From: a virus
Lineage: Duplodnaviria > Caudoviricetes
Direction: 5' to 3' (one strand)
IMG/VR virus record: IMGVR_UViG_3300027892_004026
Span: 1,869 to 65,868 of that record
DNA: 64,000 nucleotides
Shown here: one piece after another, positions 37,778 to 46,954 of the stretch
How positions within the stretch are numbered: the first letter of the stretch is position 1
How the letters are laid out: every line of letters starts with the position of its first letter
Notes under the pieces: generated by a model
What the model saw: the letters and a program-made list of their open reading frames with translations, nothing else
The model's database searches: none
Told to the model about the DNA's origin: nothing
Made by a program: the position numbers and the translations under genes

Positions 37778-38599
37778 ATGAATGTTTTAAAATTTTGGAA
37801 TACTGATTCGTTCGAAATTTCTAGTTATAGATACGGAATATCCGAAAGAAAAAATTCTACGTATACAACATCTGGTACAGACACAACAGGAAAATGTTTG
37901 TATCAATACAATGAATTAGGATTTAGAGGAGACTCTATGTATAAACAAGGTTTTAAAATTCTATCAATAGGAGATTCCAACACTGAAGGAGTAGGATTGA
38001 ATAACAATGATACATGGTCATCGAGGTTTTCGAATTTTTTTAGTAATGGAGTAAATATGAATTTTGGTACGGGAGGAAGAAGTAATGATTTTATCGCTAG
38101 ATGTTTGTTAACATATTTCGATTTGATTAAACCTGATTTAGTTTTGGTCATGTACACCTCTCCTCAACGCAGAGAAGTATATACGAAATATAATACAATA
38201 GAGCCTTTTATGCCAACCGCTTCTTGGGGGTATACTAAAGAAACTGAGGAGGGGCAGCATATTCAGAAAAATCTGATAGAAATACAAAATGATGGTGAAG
38301 ATTTTGTAAATTGGTATAAAAATCATCTTTTGATTAAATATTTTTTACAATCAAAAAATTGTAATTGGTTGTGGAACGGATGGATGTTAAATTATGAAGG
38401 GTATGATGAGTTCAATCGTTATGATGGTGACTATGGTAAATTTTTAGATTATGCGGTTGATGGAACTCATCCAGGTATTCTTCATAATAGATTGTACTCA
38501 AAAAATTTGGTTAACCACATCAAATTAAATTTTTTAGATTATATTCCCATAAATAATTTTAAAGAAGATGCGAATGATGTTCACACTAAACTCTTTTAA
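37778..38599 (+). CDS. SGNH/GDSL-like protein
   Basis: YNELGFRG leader, IGDSNT, NFGTGGRSN and DGTHPG. Paralog of 9873..10727. Confidence 0.7.
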   Translation: MNVLKFWNTDSFEISSYRYGISERKNSTYTTSGTDTTGKCLYQYNELGFRGDSMYKQGFKILSIGDSNTEGVGLNNNDTWSSRFSNFFSNGVNMNFGTGGRSNDFIARCLLTYFDLIKPDLVLVMYTSPQRREVYTKYNTIEPFMPTASWGYTKETEEGQHIQKNLIEIQNDGEDFVNWYKNHLLIKYFLQSKNCNWLWNGWMLNYEGYDEFNRYDGDYGKFLDYAVDGTHPGILHNRLYSKNLVNHIKLNFLDYIPINNFKEDANDVHTKLF

Positions 38600-38626
38600 T
38601 CTCTATTGTCAATGTAGATTATAATT

Positions 38627-40918
38627 TCATTGTAATAAATTTTGTATTTTGTTCATAACCATTTCTGATGTAATAGATTTTTGACAGATATGTTGTCTCT
38701 CAGTTCCTTTGTAAACTGGACACCAATCCCAATCACCAGAGTCAAATGTTAAAACAGGATCATTCCAACATTTAATACAAACATTATTTGAAACTCTTGT
38801 CATGTTATATGAAAACTCGTGATTGTTTTCACTAAATCCTGCAATCATAACTGTTTTTTTACCTAGTGCCCAATTCATCCAAGATAATCCTGAACTTAAT
38901 CCTACGAAGAAATCTGCATGGAATAGAATATTCATAACTTCAGGCCAATCTTTATCATGATTATGTATGACACCATCAATATTATATTTCTTTAACGATA
39001 AAATCACAACTTCATATCCTAACTCTTTTAACCTTTTTGAAAGAGTAGCCCAATTTTCAAAAACCCATTCTTTACAACCAGCAGTTGATTGAGGGCCAAA
39101 AACAACATATTTCTTTTTTATTGGTCTTGCTTTAGGTGTGAAGTTTAAAGTATAATTCATCTCTTTATAGTTTAAACCTAAAATATCCGTTGCGGTTTGT
39201 TGTAGTGGAATTAAATTGATTTGAGTTGGGTAATTGTCAAACTTTCTCCAAGTTTGGTCATCATCTTTAAACCAACCTAATCTATAAACCACATCACAAT
39301 TAACTGACTTACCAGGTTTTATGAATGAAATGTCTTTATAGTCATTTGAACCTTCAAACCATTCATTATGGAATGTACTTAAAATGACCTTACATTTTTT
39401 CTGATTCATTAATTCAATAGCGTATGGAGCCCATGCTAATGTATCACCGACGGCTTTTGTTTCAAAAGAAATTAGAACAGTTTTATTTTCCAAAGTAAAT
39501 CTATCGACAATTTCCCCGTTAATTTTTATAATCCAAGGGATGTAATATTTTTTGGAACTGGCAGTCCACATGTTATTGGTAATGGTTTGAGAATGAATTA
39601 CTTGATTGTTATCACCATTAATGAATTCAACAAAGTATTCTTTTTTGTCATCACCTAAAACTTCAACTCTTGGGCCATCTAAGTAATTGATAATAACTCT
39701 ATTTTCTTTTATTGGTCTATCTAACCAAGGTTTTCTTTCTAAGAAATCATTGACTGTTTCTAGCCCTATTTCAGCAATGCGTTCCCAATTAAACTCTTGT
39801 CTAATCTGTTCTGATTCTACTAATGATAATGTTTTATATTTTTCATAATCACCATAAACCGAAAACATCTTTTCACCCAAATCATTAAAATCAGGTTCAT
39901 AATAATTTCCAACATTATCGTTGAAATGGTTGTATGTACTGGCACTTACTGGTAATTCGTGTGATATCTTAACAGGAATACCTTTACCTTGTGCGAATTC
40001 TAATTGGCCTGAACAATCTGAATAGATTGACGGTGTACCGCAAGCCATTGCTTCAATAAGAGGTAAATTCCAACCCTCAGCTCTTGCACAAGACACAAAC
40101 ACACTACAAGACTTTAATAATCTAATGTATTCTTCTCTTGGTGGAAAATGGAGAATTTTAATTCTATCATCCTCCAACCCATAATGTTTTAATCTTTCCT
40201 CAGTTGATTTTAAACCATCATTTGAGAATGGGTTATCAACAGAAACAATTAGTTCAACAGGTTCGTTTTTATCAAATGTTTTTACGAAGGTTTCAATGAC
40301 TTCCTTAATTGACTTTCGATAATCCCACCTTCCCGCTAAAAAGAATGTAAACTTATCTTTCGTTAATGGGTGAGTAACTTCTTTATCAGGAAAGAAAGTA
40401 TTCACATCGACACCTTCAGGTACCACTTTAATTTTATTTGGGTCATAACCTTGGGCAATGGTACAATCTCTTTGCCATTTTGACGGAACCCACATCTCAT
40501 CAAATTCTTTTAACTTATTAAAGTATTCTTGTGGTTGTAAGGTTGACTCCCATACATTGTAGGCAATTTTTGGGCCATCGTAGTTATCATAAAAAATGTG
40601 ATGATTTGTTTCGCATAATACAATATTAACATCAGGTTCAAATTCTTTAGATACATCAGGGTATAAAGAGAAGTCACTTCTTGTTTTATCTGAGTTCCAA
40701 AGGATTTGTTTGTATAATAATTTTTTATCAATTTCATTAAAATAATGTTCATTATCATGAGCATTTTCATTATATCCCTCCCAAGAGTCACCAACGGTAA
40801 AGTTTCTAACTTTAATATCCGCGTGTTTATCTAAATGTCTAAAAAAATCTCTTGTATGTTGATTATATCCTGTGTTACCAACGTAAGAACCGTGGGCGTA
40901 AATTTTAGGTCTGATCAT
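38627..40918 (-). CDS. GT4 glycosyltransferase fused to TibC/Aah-like autotransporter O-heptosyltransferase domain
   Basis: GT4 signature AEGWNLPLIE (Ex7E). C-terminal AVGDTLAW, GLSSGLSW and a four-Cys set CIKCWND...WCP...ICQK. Confidence 0.8.
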   Translation of the reverse strand: MIRPKIYAHGSYVGNTGYNQHTRDFFRHLDKHADIKVRNFTVGDSWEGYNENAHDNEHYFNEIDKKLLYKQILWNSDKTRSDFSLYPDVSKEFEPDVNIVLCETNHHIFYDNYDGPKIAYNVWESTLQPQEYFNKLKEFDEMWVPSKWQRDCTIAQGYDPNKIKVVPEGVDVNTFFPDKEVTHPLTKDKFTFFLAGRWDYRKSIKEVIETFVKTFDKNEPVELIVSVDNPFSNDGLKSTEERLKHYGLEDDRIKILHFPPREEYIRLLKSCSVFVSCARAEGWNLPLIEAMACGTPSIYSDCSGQLEFAQGKGIPVKISHELPVSASTYNHFNDNVGNYYEPDFNDLGEKMFSVYGDYEKYKTLSLVESEQIRQEFNWERIAEIGLETVNDFLERKPWLDRPIKENRVIINYLDGPRVEVLGDDKKEYFVEFINGDNNQVIHSQTITNNMWTASSKKYYIPWIIKINGEIVDRFTLENKTVLISFETKAVGDTLAWAPYAIELMNQKKCKVILSTFHNEWFEGSNDYKDISFIKPGKSVNCDVVYRLGWFKDDDQTWRKFDNYPTQINLIPLQQTATDILGLNYKEMNYTLNFTPKARPIKKKYVVFGPQSTAGCKEWVFENWATLSKRLKELGYEVVILSLKKYNIDGVIHNHDKDWPEVMNILFHADFFVGLSSGLSWMNWALGKKTVMIAGFSENNHEFSYNMTRVSNNVCIKCWNDPVLTFDSGDWDWCPVYKGTERQHICQKSITSEMVMNKIQNLLQ

Positions 40919-40983
40919 TTGTTAAATTATTTATTGAAAATATAAGGGATATGTGTTATAATTTCAATTGAAAACTAAATAAT

Positions 40984-41628
40984 ATGGCACAAGGAGTTCA
41001 TAAAATAACTGAAGATTTTGAGAAGGCGTTATGTGACTACACAGGAGCTCCTCATGCAATCGCATTAGACAACATGAGTAACGCATTATTTTTAGCGTTA
41101 TATTATGAAAAGAATATTGTAAAAACATTAACTGGTGATACGGTTGATTGTCCGTCAAAGACATATCCTTCGGTTCCTTGTGAGATTATTCATGCTGGAT
41201 TAAAAGTTAATTTTATACCTGTTGAAGGAAAAACAATCAAAGGAGCATATACCCTTTCACCATCTAATGTAGTGGACTCAGCACTTAGATTTACTGCTGA
41301 TATGTACCAAGCGGGTACTCACATGTGTTTATCTTTTACAGGTCCGTATAAGACCTTAAAATTGAGCAAAGGTGGTGCAATTATTACCGATGATTATCAG
41401 GCGATGTTATGGTTTAAGAGAGCAAGATTTAGTGGAAGGAGAGAATGTTCTTATCATGACGACCATTTTGATATGTTGGGATGGAATTTCTATATGATGC
41501 CAGAACTTTCGGCAAGAGGGTTATTAATGATGACTCAATTCTATAATTTAGATGGGGCAAAAAAGCATAACCAAGACTTGGAATTACCCTATCCTGATTT
41601 ATCAAAATTTGAAATTTATAAGAAATGA
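40984..41628 (+). CDS. Short DegT-family PLP aminotransferase (paralog of 7317..8003)
   Basis: FEKALCDYTGAPHAIAL, VVDSA, SFTGPYKTLKLSKGGAI and GWNFYM. Only 214 aa. Confidence 0.8.
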   Translation: MAQGVHKITEDFEKALCDYTGAPHAIALDNMSNALFLALYYEKNIVKTLTGDTVDCPSKTYPSVPCEIIHAGLKVNFIPVEGKTIKGAYTLSPSNVVDSALRFTADMYQAGTHMCLSFTGPYKTLKLSKGGAIITDDYQAMLWFKRARFSGRRECSYHDDHFDMLGWNFYMMPELSARGLLMMTQFYNLDGAKKHNQDLELPYPDLSKFEIYKK

Positions 41629-43490
41629 AAATTATTTTAATACAATTGTGGTTAGGGAAAATTCCTGATTATTTTTGGTATCACTATGACACCACTAAAA
41701 ATATAAATGGTATCGATTTCCTTTTTGTGACTGACCAAGATATTGAGTTGAATGCTAAAAATTATAAAGTGGTTAAAACTACAAAAGAAGACGTTGAATT
41801 ATTACTGTTAAATAAATTAAATAGTCCAATTATTTTAAAAAATAATAAAAAAGTTTGTGACCTCAGACCATGTTACGGTGAATTATTTGAATCATATTTG
41901 GATGGATATGATTATTATGGGCATTATGATATTGACACTTTATTTGGGAATGTTAATAATTGGATAAAACCTTATTTGGAAAAATATGATGTTATTTCTA
42001 CTGCAGATGAACTAAACCATAATAGGATTTCAGGACCTTTTACAATTGTTAAAAATACGTTTAACAATAGGAGACTATATAGAAAAAATTATGAAGATTT
42101 TGTAAATTCATTTGAGTATGAACATATATTAGGACTTGACGAGAACCAATTAAATCATATATTTCATGATTTTTTAAATGTTAAATTACTTTATAATTCT
42201 ATAAACTGTGAAAGTAATAATGGGAGTAAAAATACTTATGATGTTCGTTGGAGTGGTGGTAATGTATATGTAAATGAGGAAGAAAAAATGATTTATCATT
42301 TCTATCGTAAAAATCACACAGTATTTCAAAACGTAGGAAATCAAATCTATGGCAGATATGATAAAAAATATGTGGATGATTTCTATTGGGTTTTTGGATT
42401 TACTGAAAACTATTCAGAAAGCGTTAAATATTTGATGGAATCAATTCATTATTATTCAAACAGAAAATGTATAATTTATAGTATTAATTTTGATTATAGA
42501 ATCCCTGATAAATTTCTCACAAGCCCACAATTTATTTTTAAAAAAATTAATATTGAAGAAGGATTAAAAGATGAAAAAGGTAGAGATGAAAATATTATAA
42601 GTTGTAAACCAAAGTTGATGATTGATGTGATTAATCAATATCCTGATAAGAAGTTTATTTTTATAGATAGTGACATTTATCTAACAACATCTGCTGACGA
42701 CATATCAAAATATTTTAACAAACTTACAACATACCCTTTAATTAACTCACATATTCATGATGTAGTTTATTATTCTGGGCTTATTGAAGGTGAAGAATGG
42801 ACAAGTACTGCTCATATATTGGCAAAAAAAGTTGGTGTTGAAATTTGTGTATTTCCACGTAGAAAAACAAATGTAATGTTGTTTGATAAAAATTCTAAGT
42901 GGTTCTTCCAAGAACAAATTGATATGTATGAAAAATACAAAAATACCGAAGTAGGTATATTTAAATTACATGATGAAGATTCTGCAAATATAATTCTTTC
43001 AAAATATCAATTGTATGATTGTCTTCACTTATGTGATATTGAAAATTGTGATGATATTGAAATTGACACAATCACCGATATGAATAACTCGTTTCATATG
43101 ACTCAAATATCTCCAAGTGTAAGACTACCACAAAATCAAAATGATATTGCAGTATTTCACGGTATGAAAAATACGGAGTCGTTTAAAAAAATCCAAAAAA
43201 ACTATGGGAATAAAGTTTTGGATTGTGAAGAGATGGTTGTTTATTATGTTGATAATACACTTTTTTTTGAAAAGAATTCTTTTTTAACAACAAAAAATTT
43301 ACACGGTGAATTTGACTTTATCTTAAAAAATAAAGAGGGTGAAATAGTTCAAAGATTAAATAACCAAATTCTTATGAACTATTGGACTTTTTACATCTCT
43401 GATGTATTTTTATCTGAAGGAGATTACTCAGTAGAAATTATACAAACGCACACAGGAAATAAAATTTATAATAATGTTTATAAAAAATAA
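41625..43490 (+). CDS. DUF6625-like domain fused to GT-A (DxD) glycosyltransferase domain
   Basis: WLGKIPDYF, CDLRPCYG and YGHYDIDTLFGN in the first half. KPKL...FIFIDSDI in the second half. Confidence 0.6.
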   Translation: MKIILIQLWLGKIPDYFWYHYDTTKNINGIDFLFVTDQDIELNAKNYKVVKTTKEDVELLLLNKLNSPIILKNNKKVCDLRPCYGELFESYLDGYDYYGHYDIDTLFGNVNNWIKPYLEKYDVISTADELNHNRISGPFTIVKNTFNNRRLYRKNYEDFVNSFEYEHILGLDENQLNHIFHDFLNVKLLYNSINCESNNGSKNTYDVRWSGGNVYVNEEEKMIYHFYRKNHTVFQNVGNQIYGRYDKKYVDDFYWVFGFTENYSESVKYLMESIHYYSNRKCIIYSINFDYRIPDKFLTSPQFIFKKINIEEGLKDEKGRDENIISCKPKLMIDVINQYPDKKFIFIDSDIYLTTSADDISKYFNKLTTYPLINSHIHDVVYYSGLIEGEEWTSTAHILAKKVGVEICVFPRRKTNVMLFDKNSKWFFQEQIDMYEKYKNTEVGIFKLHDEDSANIILSKYQLYDCLHLCDIENCDDIEIDTITDMNNSFHMTQISPSVRLPQNQNDIAVFHGMKNTESFKKIQKNYGNKVLDCEEMVVYYVDNTLFFEKNSFLTTKNLHGEFDFILKNKEGEIVQRLNNQILMNYWTFYISDVFLSEGDYSVEIIQTHTGNKIYNNVYKK

Positions 43491-43501
43491 AATAAAAAAA
43501 T

Positions 43502-44128
43502 ATGAGAGATTTAAGAGGGTTAATTACAAGAGACAATTATGAAAAAGGCGGGTGGTGTTTGGATGAAAAAAGAAATCTTATACATGATTTGGTTGAAACA
43601 ACAAACAGTAAAAGTTGTATTGAAATTGGAGTGTATAAAGGAAGTTCTTTGTTTTCATTTGCGGAAGTTTTAGAAAAAATAGGAGGAAAAATAGTCGGAA
43701 TAGACCCGTGGTCTTTTGAAATGTCTAAAAATGAAATCCCATTCTTTGATAAGAATCAAGAAGATTATTTTTATAATGAATTATTGAAGGGCCAAGAAAC
43801 ATTTGAATTTATTTATAAAGGTGTTTGTGAAATTATTGAAAATAATGATTTATCAAAAACAGTATCTTTAATAAGGAAACCATCACAAGACGCATTTAAT
43901 AATTTTGAAAATGAATCAATTGATATAGTTCATATCGATGGAAACCATAATGAGATGAATGTCTCAAGAGATATTTTACTTTATTTACCTTTGGTTAAAA
44001 AAGGTGGGCATATTATTATGGACGACTCTGATTGGGATAGTGTTCGTAATTCTATTAATAAATTTTTAGTACCATATTGTGATTTGGTTAAAGATATTGG
44101 TTACTGCTCTTATTATAAGAAAAAATGA
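43502..44128 (+). CDS. Class I SAM-dependent methyltransferase (Methyltransf_24-like)
   Basis: IEIGVYKGSS, GIDPW, IVHIDGNH and KKGGHIIMDD. Confidence 0.85.
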   Translation: MRDLRGLITRDNYEKGGWCLDEKRNLIHDLVETTNSKSCIEIGVYKGSSLFSFAEVLEKIGGKIVGIDPWSFEMSKNEIPFFDKNQEDYFYNELLKGQETFEFIYKGVCEIIENNDLSKTVSLIRKPSQDAFNNFENESIDIVHIDGNHNEMNVSRDILLYLPLVKKGGHIIMDDSDWDSVRNSINKFLVPYCDLVKDIGYCSYYKKK

Positions 44129-46404
44129 AATTAGCGTTATTTGGATGCGGTGGACATGCTCGTGAAGTTGCTGCGCAAATAAATGAAGAAATAACTTTTT
44201 TTGTTGATGACGAATATGTAAATGAGTTTTCCAAACCTATCAGTACATTTGACCCTGAAGTTTATCAGATGATGGTGGCGGTTGCAGATTCAAAAGAAAG
44301 AGAAAAAATTGTTAAAAAACTTCCGCAAAATACATCATACTTTACCTTTGTTCATCCGACAGTTTTACTTATGTCTGAAGATATACAAATTGGGATTGGA
44401 AGTTTTATAGGAGCTTATTCCATATTGACTACAAATATTACTCTTGGTAATCACGCTATTTTAAACAGAGGAAATCAAATTGGGCATGACAGTAAAATAG
44501 GTGATTTCTTTAGTGCAATGCCAGGAGCAATTGTTTCAGGAAATGTTGTCATTGGTACAAATGTCTACATGGGTAATAATTCCTCAATCCGAGAAAAAAT
44601 AAATATTAGTTCTAACGTTATAATAGGGGCAAATGCTACCGTTGTTAAGAGCATAATTACAAGTGGAACATATCTTGGAGTACCTGCAAAATTAAAAAGT
44701 TATAAACTACAAGAAGGAGACCCTGATGATATTAAGAAGTTACATAATGTAAACCCAAAAATTGGTATAGTAATTCCAACTTATCAAAGGCCAGATGGTT
44801 TATCACCGTTATATTTATCAAATGCTTTGAATTCTATAAAGAATCAAACGTTTAAGAATTATAAAGTTTTTCTTATTGGTGATAGATATGAAGACAATGA
44901 TGAATTTATAAAAATTGCGACATCAATTATTGATAGTGATAAAATATATTATGAAAATTTACCATTTGCGGAGGAAAGAGATAACTATGGAGATAATAAT
45001 TTAGCTATTTGGAACTATGGTGGAGTTAATGCAACCAATTATGGGATTGAAATATCTTTAAATCAAGGATATGACTATATCTGTCATTTAGACCATGATG
45101 ATACATGGGATTCTAATCACTTATTATTAATATCAAGTACTATTGCAAAAACGGACGCTTTATTTGTATTTACAAAATCAAAACACAAAAATTCTATTTT
45201 CCCAAATATAAACTCAGATGATGAGATTATTGAAATTTTACCTGAAAATGAGCGATTAATACGTTCTTCAGTGTGTATGAACTTTAAAGAAATTCCATTA
45301 CGTTATAGAGACATTTTCAAAGAAACAGGTATGGTTGGTTTACCTGGAGATGGGGATTTGTGGAATCGTGTTAAAGAATGGATAATTAAAAATGGATTAA
45401 AAAGTTATTTAATAAATGAAAAAACTTGTATACATGAACAAGAAGGATATTCACTTAATATGAATTTAAATTTAAAAATGAAAAAAGTTGCGTTAATTAG
45501 TACATTCTGTGACACTTCTGAAAAAATAGATACTCTTGAGAAGAATATAAAAATAATTAAGAATCATAACTTAGATGTTATTGTTATATCACCATTTAAT
45601 TTACCTGAGTACCTGACAAAACAATGTGATTATTTTTTAATTACAAAAGATAATCCAATTTTGGATTGGCCAACAAAAGCGATGTGTACATGGAGAGTGT
45701 TAAATGTTAATAAAGTTAAATATACGATGACAAAAACACTCGCGGATTATGGATTTGCAGGGTTGACACAAATTAAACAATTAAGTCAAATTGCATTAGG
45801 GTTAGATTATAATCAATTTTATCATATGATATATGATATTAAAATTGATGAAAATGTAATTGAAGGGTTTTATTCAAATAGAGTTAATAATGTTTATCCA
45901 TCTAAAAGAAACGATAAAATTTGGGAAGTTGGATTACATTTTTTAATTTTTAACAAAGAAAATTTAAAAAATTTTATATCATATATTAATTTAGAAACTT
46001 ATTTAGATGTTAAAAATGGAGATGCTTTTGAATTATTATACACATTACAAAATAAATTAAATTATGTGATTGAAAAAACACCTGTTGAAGATGAAATTTA
46101 TTATTACGAAAACGTTGATTCCTTTAATTACTCTCCAATCGAAGGAATTAAATTTTTTATAGAAAATGACGACGAAAATCCATCATCAATTAAAATTTTA
46201 TTTTACGATGTTGTTGGTGAAAAAGAAATTAAAGTTAAAATTGGTGAGACTGAATCGGCACATACCATTAGTAGTTTATATCTAATTGATTTAGGATTTA
46301 ATAAATTCAATCTACAACCTGTAACTGTTGAAGTGGATGATACCAATTACGATATTACCGACATAATTAAAAAAATTAAGCATAGTACTTTAAGTATTAG
46401 TTAG
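44125..46404 (+). CDS. NeuD-like hexapeptide acetyltransferase + GT2 glycosyltransferase + unknown domain
   Basis: FGCGGHA, FVHPT and hexapeptide repeats ending GVPAK. Then IVIPTY...HLDHDD (GT2). A third domain starts at MKKVALIS. Confidence 0.8.
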   Translation: MKLALFGCGGHAREVAAQINEEITFFVDDEYVNEFSKPISTFDPEVYQMMVAVADSKEREKIVKKLPQNTSYFTFVHPTVLLMSEDIQIGIGSFIGAYSILTTNITLGNHAILNRGNQIGHDSKIGDFFSAMPGAIVSGNVVIGTNVYMGNNSSIREKINISSNVIIGANATVVKSIITSGTYLGVPAKLKSYKLQEGDPDDIKKLHNVNPKIGIVIPTYQRPDGLSPLYLSNALNSIKNQTFKNYKVFLIGDRYEDNDEFIKIATSIIDSDKIYYENLPFAEERDNYGDNNLAIWNYGGVNATNYGIEISLNQGYDYICHLDHDDTWDSNHLLLISSTIAKTDALFVFTKSKHKNSIFPNINSDDEIIEILPENERLIRSSVCMNFKEIPLRYRDIFKETGMVGLPGDGDLWNRVKEWIIKNGLKSYLINEKTCIHEQEGYSLNMNLNLKMKKVALISTFCDTSEKIDTLEKNIKIIKNHNLDVIVISPFNLPEYLTKQCDYFLITKDNPILDWPTKAMCTWRVLNVNKVKYTMTKTLADYGFAGLTQIKQLSQIALGLDYNQFYHMIYDIKIDENVIEGFYSNRVNNVYPSKRNDKIWEVGLHFLIFNKENLKNFISYINLETYLDVKNGDAFELLYTLQNKLNYVIEKTPVEDEIYYYENVDSFNYSPIEGIKFFIENDDENPSSIKILFYDVVGEKEIKVKIGETESAHTISSLYLIDLGFNKFNLQPVTVEVDDTNYDITDIIKKIKHSTLSIS

Positions 46405-46405
46405 G

Positions 46406-46954
46406 ATGATTGAGAACATAAATTTGTGGCATGCAGATAGAGGAACTTATTTTGATAGAAACGTTAACATAATTTCTTGGAGTAATGATTACCATATACA
46501 CGTTGGAAAATACTGTTCTATCGGTAGAGATTGTAACTTCTTTTTACACGCAAATCACAGATCTGATTGGATAACAACATCTTCTCAACTGTGGGGACCT
46601 GTCACACCTGAGATTGCTTCATTACATATGGATATGGGTCATCCATCTTGTAAAGGTGATATCATAATTGGAAGTGATGTTTGGATTGGTGCAAAATCAA
46701 CAATAATGTCTGGTATTAAAATAGGACACGGAGCCATTGTTGCCGCAGGTGCGGTAGTAACCAAAGACGTTGAACCATTTTCTGTTGTTGGAGGTAATCC
46801 CGCAAAACATTTAAAGTACAGATTTGAAGAACAACAAATTAAAGATCTATTAGATATTGCTTGGTGGGATTGGGAAGAAAGTAAGATTAAAGAAGAGGCA
46901 ATGATATTATGGAGTCAAGATATAAATTATTTTATAGAAAAAAATAGGAAATGA
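46406..46954 (+). CDS. CatB/Vat-related O-acetyltransferase (LbH)
   Basis: GKYCSIG, KGDIIIGSDVWIG, GAVVTKDV, GGNPAK and WWDW. Confidence 0.9.
   Translation: MIENINLWHADRGTYFDRNVNIISWSNDYHIHVGKYCSIGRDCNFFLHANHRSDWITTSSQLWGPVTPEIASLHMDMGHPSCKGDIIIGSDVWIGAKSTIMSGIKIGHGAIVAAGAVVTKDVEPFSVVGGNPAKHLKYRFEEQQIKDLLDIAWWDWEESKIKEEAMILWSQDINYFIEKNRK

Noticed and set aside
27866-38599. DNA hypermodification cluster (2OG oxygenases, carbamoyltransferase, glycosyltransferases)
   Set aside because: I saw no TET/JBP-like, nucleotide hydroxymethylase, nucleotide kinase or DNA-base transferase signature. The oxygenases look prolyl-hydroxylase-like. Not preferred, but not excluded without the rest of the genome.
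350-41164. Many 60-110 aa track ORFs overlapping the main genes
   Set aside because: They are nested in or antisense to well-supported genes, have no motifs, and are expected by chance.
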